From positions 1,960 to 65,959 of the forward strand of contig CADCTB010000094.1 of the NCBI GenBank assembly GCA_902805665.1: 64,000 nucleotides of DNA, in the 5' to 3' direction. Position 1 is the stretch's first letter; each line of letters opens with the position of its first letter. Under the pieces are notes generated by a model that did no database searches, was not told where the DNA came from, and saw only the letters and a program-made list of their open reading frames with translations. The position numbers were made by a program, and so were the translations under genes. Positions 63,923-64,000 of this stretch are shown piece by piece. Source of the DNA: an uncultured Acidimicrobiales bacterium (GTDB lineage Bacteria > Actinomycetota > Acidimicrobiia > Acidimicrobiales > AC-14).

Positions 63923-64000
63923 GGGCCAGCGACCATGGAGTGGCGCACCACCGGGCCTGATCATCGGCTTGATGGTCAAACTGCACCGCCTCGGAATCGC

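Noticed and set aside
1-64000. CRISPR arrays, rRNA genes, insertion sequences, prophage genes
   Set aside because: None seen. The only repeats are the three short tandem arrays (23, 27 and 33 bp). These lack spacer-like unique inserts and sit on gene ends.

Overview
Very GC-rich chromosomal segment (about 70% GC, estimated by eye). It looks actinobacterial, based on a WhiB regulator, F420-type LLM and PPOX enzymes, two DinB/TIGR03086-like proteins and a galU-moeA(glp)-type locus. I call about 70 protein genes and one tRNA-Ala(CGC). I found no rRNA, no CRISPR array and no recognisable transposase, integrase or phage gene. In the supplied ORF track the first 'M' is often a GTG or TTG codon, and many of the long ORFs are antisense artefacts of high GC. 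I re-derived starts wherever a shorter, homology-consistent start exists. Gene content in window order:
- F420 oxidoreductase, a DUF5709 protein, and whiB followed by a RuBisCO-like protein (RLP) and mtnA.
- An SDR / QueA-like / SufR-like operon, TauE, an ABC1 kinase and a five-gene Opp/Dpp peptide ABC importer.
- An esterase lipoprotein and an orphan NuoF-like flavoprotein.
- A zinc-ribbon protein followed by the circularly permuted ATP-grasp / alpha-E / transglutaminase triad, then a decayed patatin gene.
- A WYL regulator divergent from a DinB-like/AlkZ-like pair, then DUF899, a flavin amine oxidase, PPOX and a YpfJ zinc peptidase.
- An FAD oxidoreductase, a doubled ABC-2 exporter, azlCD, an M23 peptidase, and PHP and DUF488 genes.
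- tRNA-Ala preceded by a translin-like gene.
- A long co-directional string: GGDEF, galU, moeA, moaA, moaC and a GlpR/SepX-like gene.
- Ruc/FmdB, MTAP, uppP, pmbA/tldD, and a lipid-plus-carotenoid cluster (flippase-like, PAP2, crtE, crtI, crtB).
- A VOC/PadR pair.
The most interesting points are:
- An N-terminally truncated RuBisCO-like protein translationally coupled to mtnA and sitting directly behind whiB.
- The still uncharacterised ATP-grasp / alpha-E / transglutaminase system with an extra double zinc-ribbon gene.
- A divergent QueA paralogue operon with a striking AT-rich palindrome.
- Three separate tandem repeats that each sit exactly on a gene 3' end.
- A translin-like gene abutting a tRNA.
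Nothing here can be proven novel without database searches. All homology calls are by eye from motifs.
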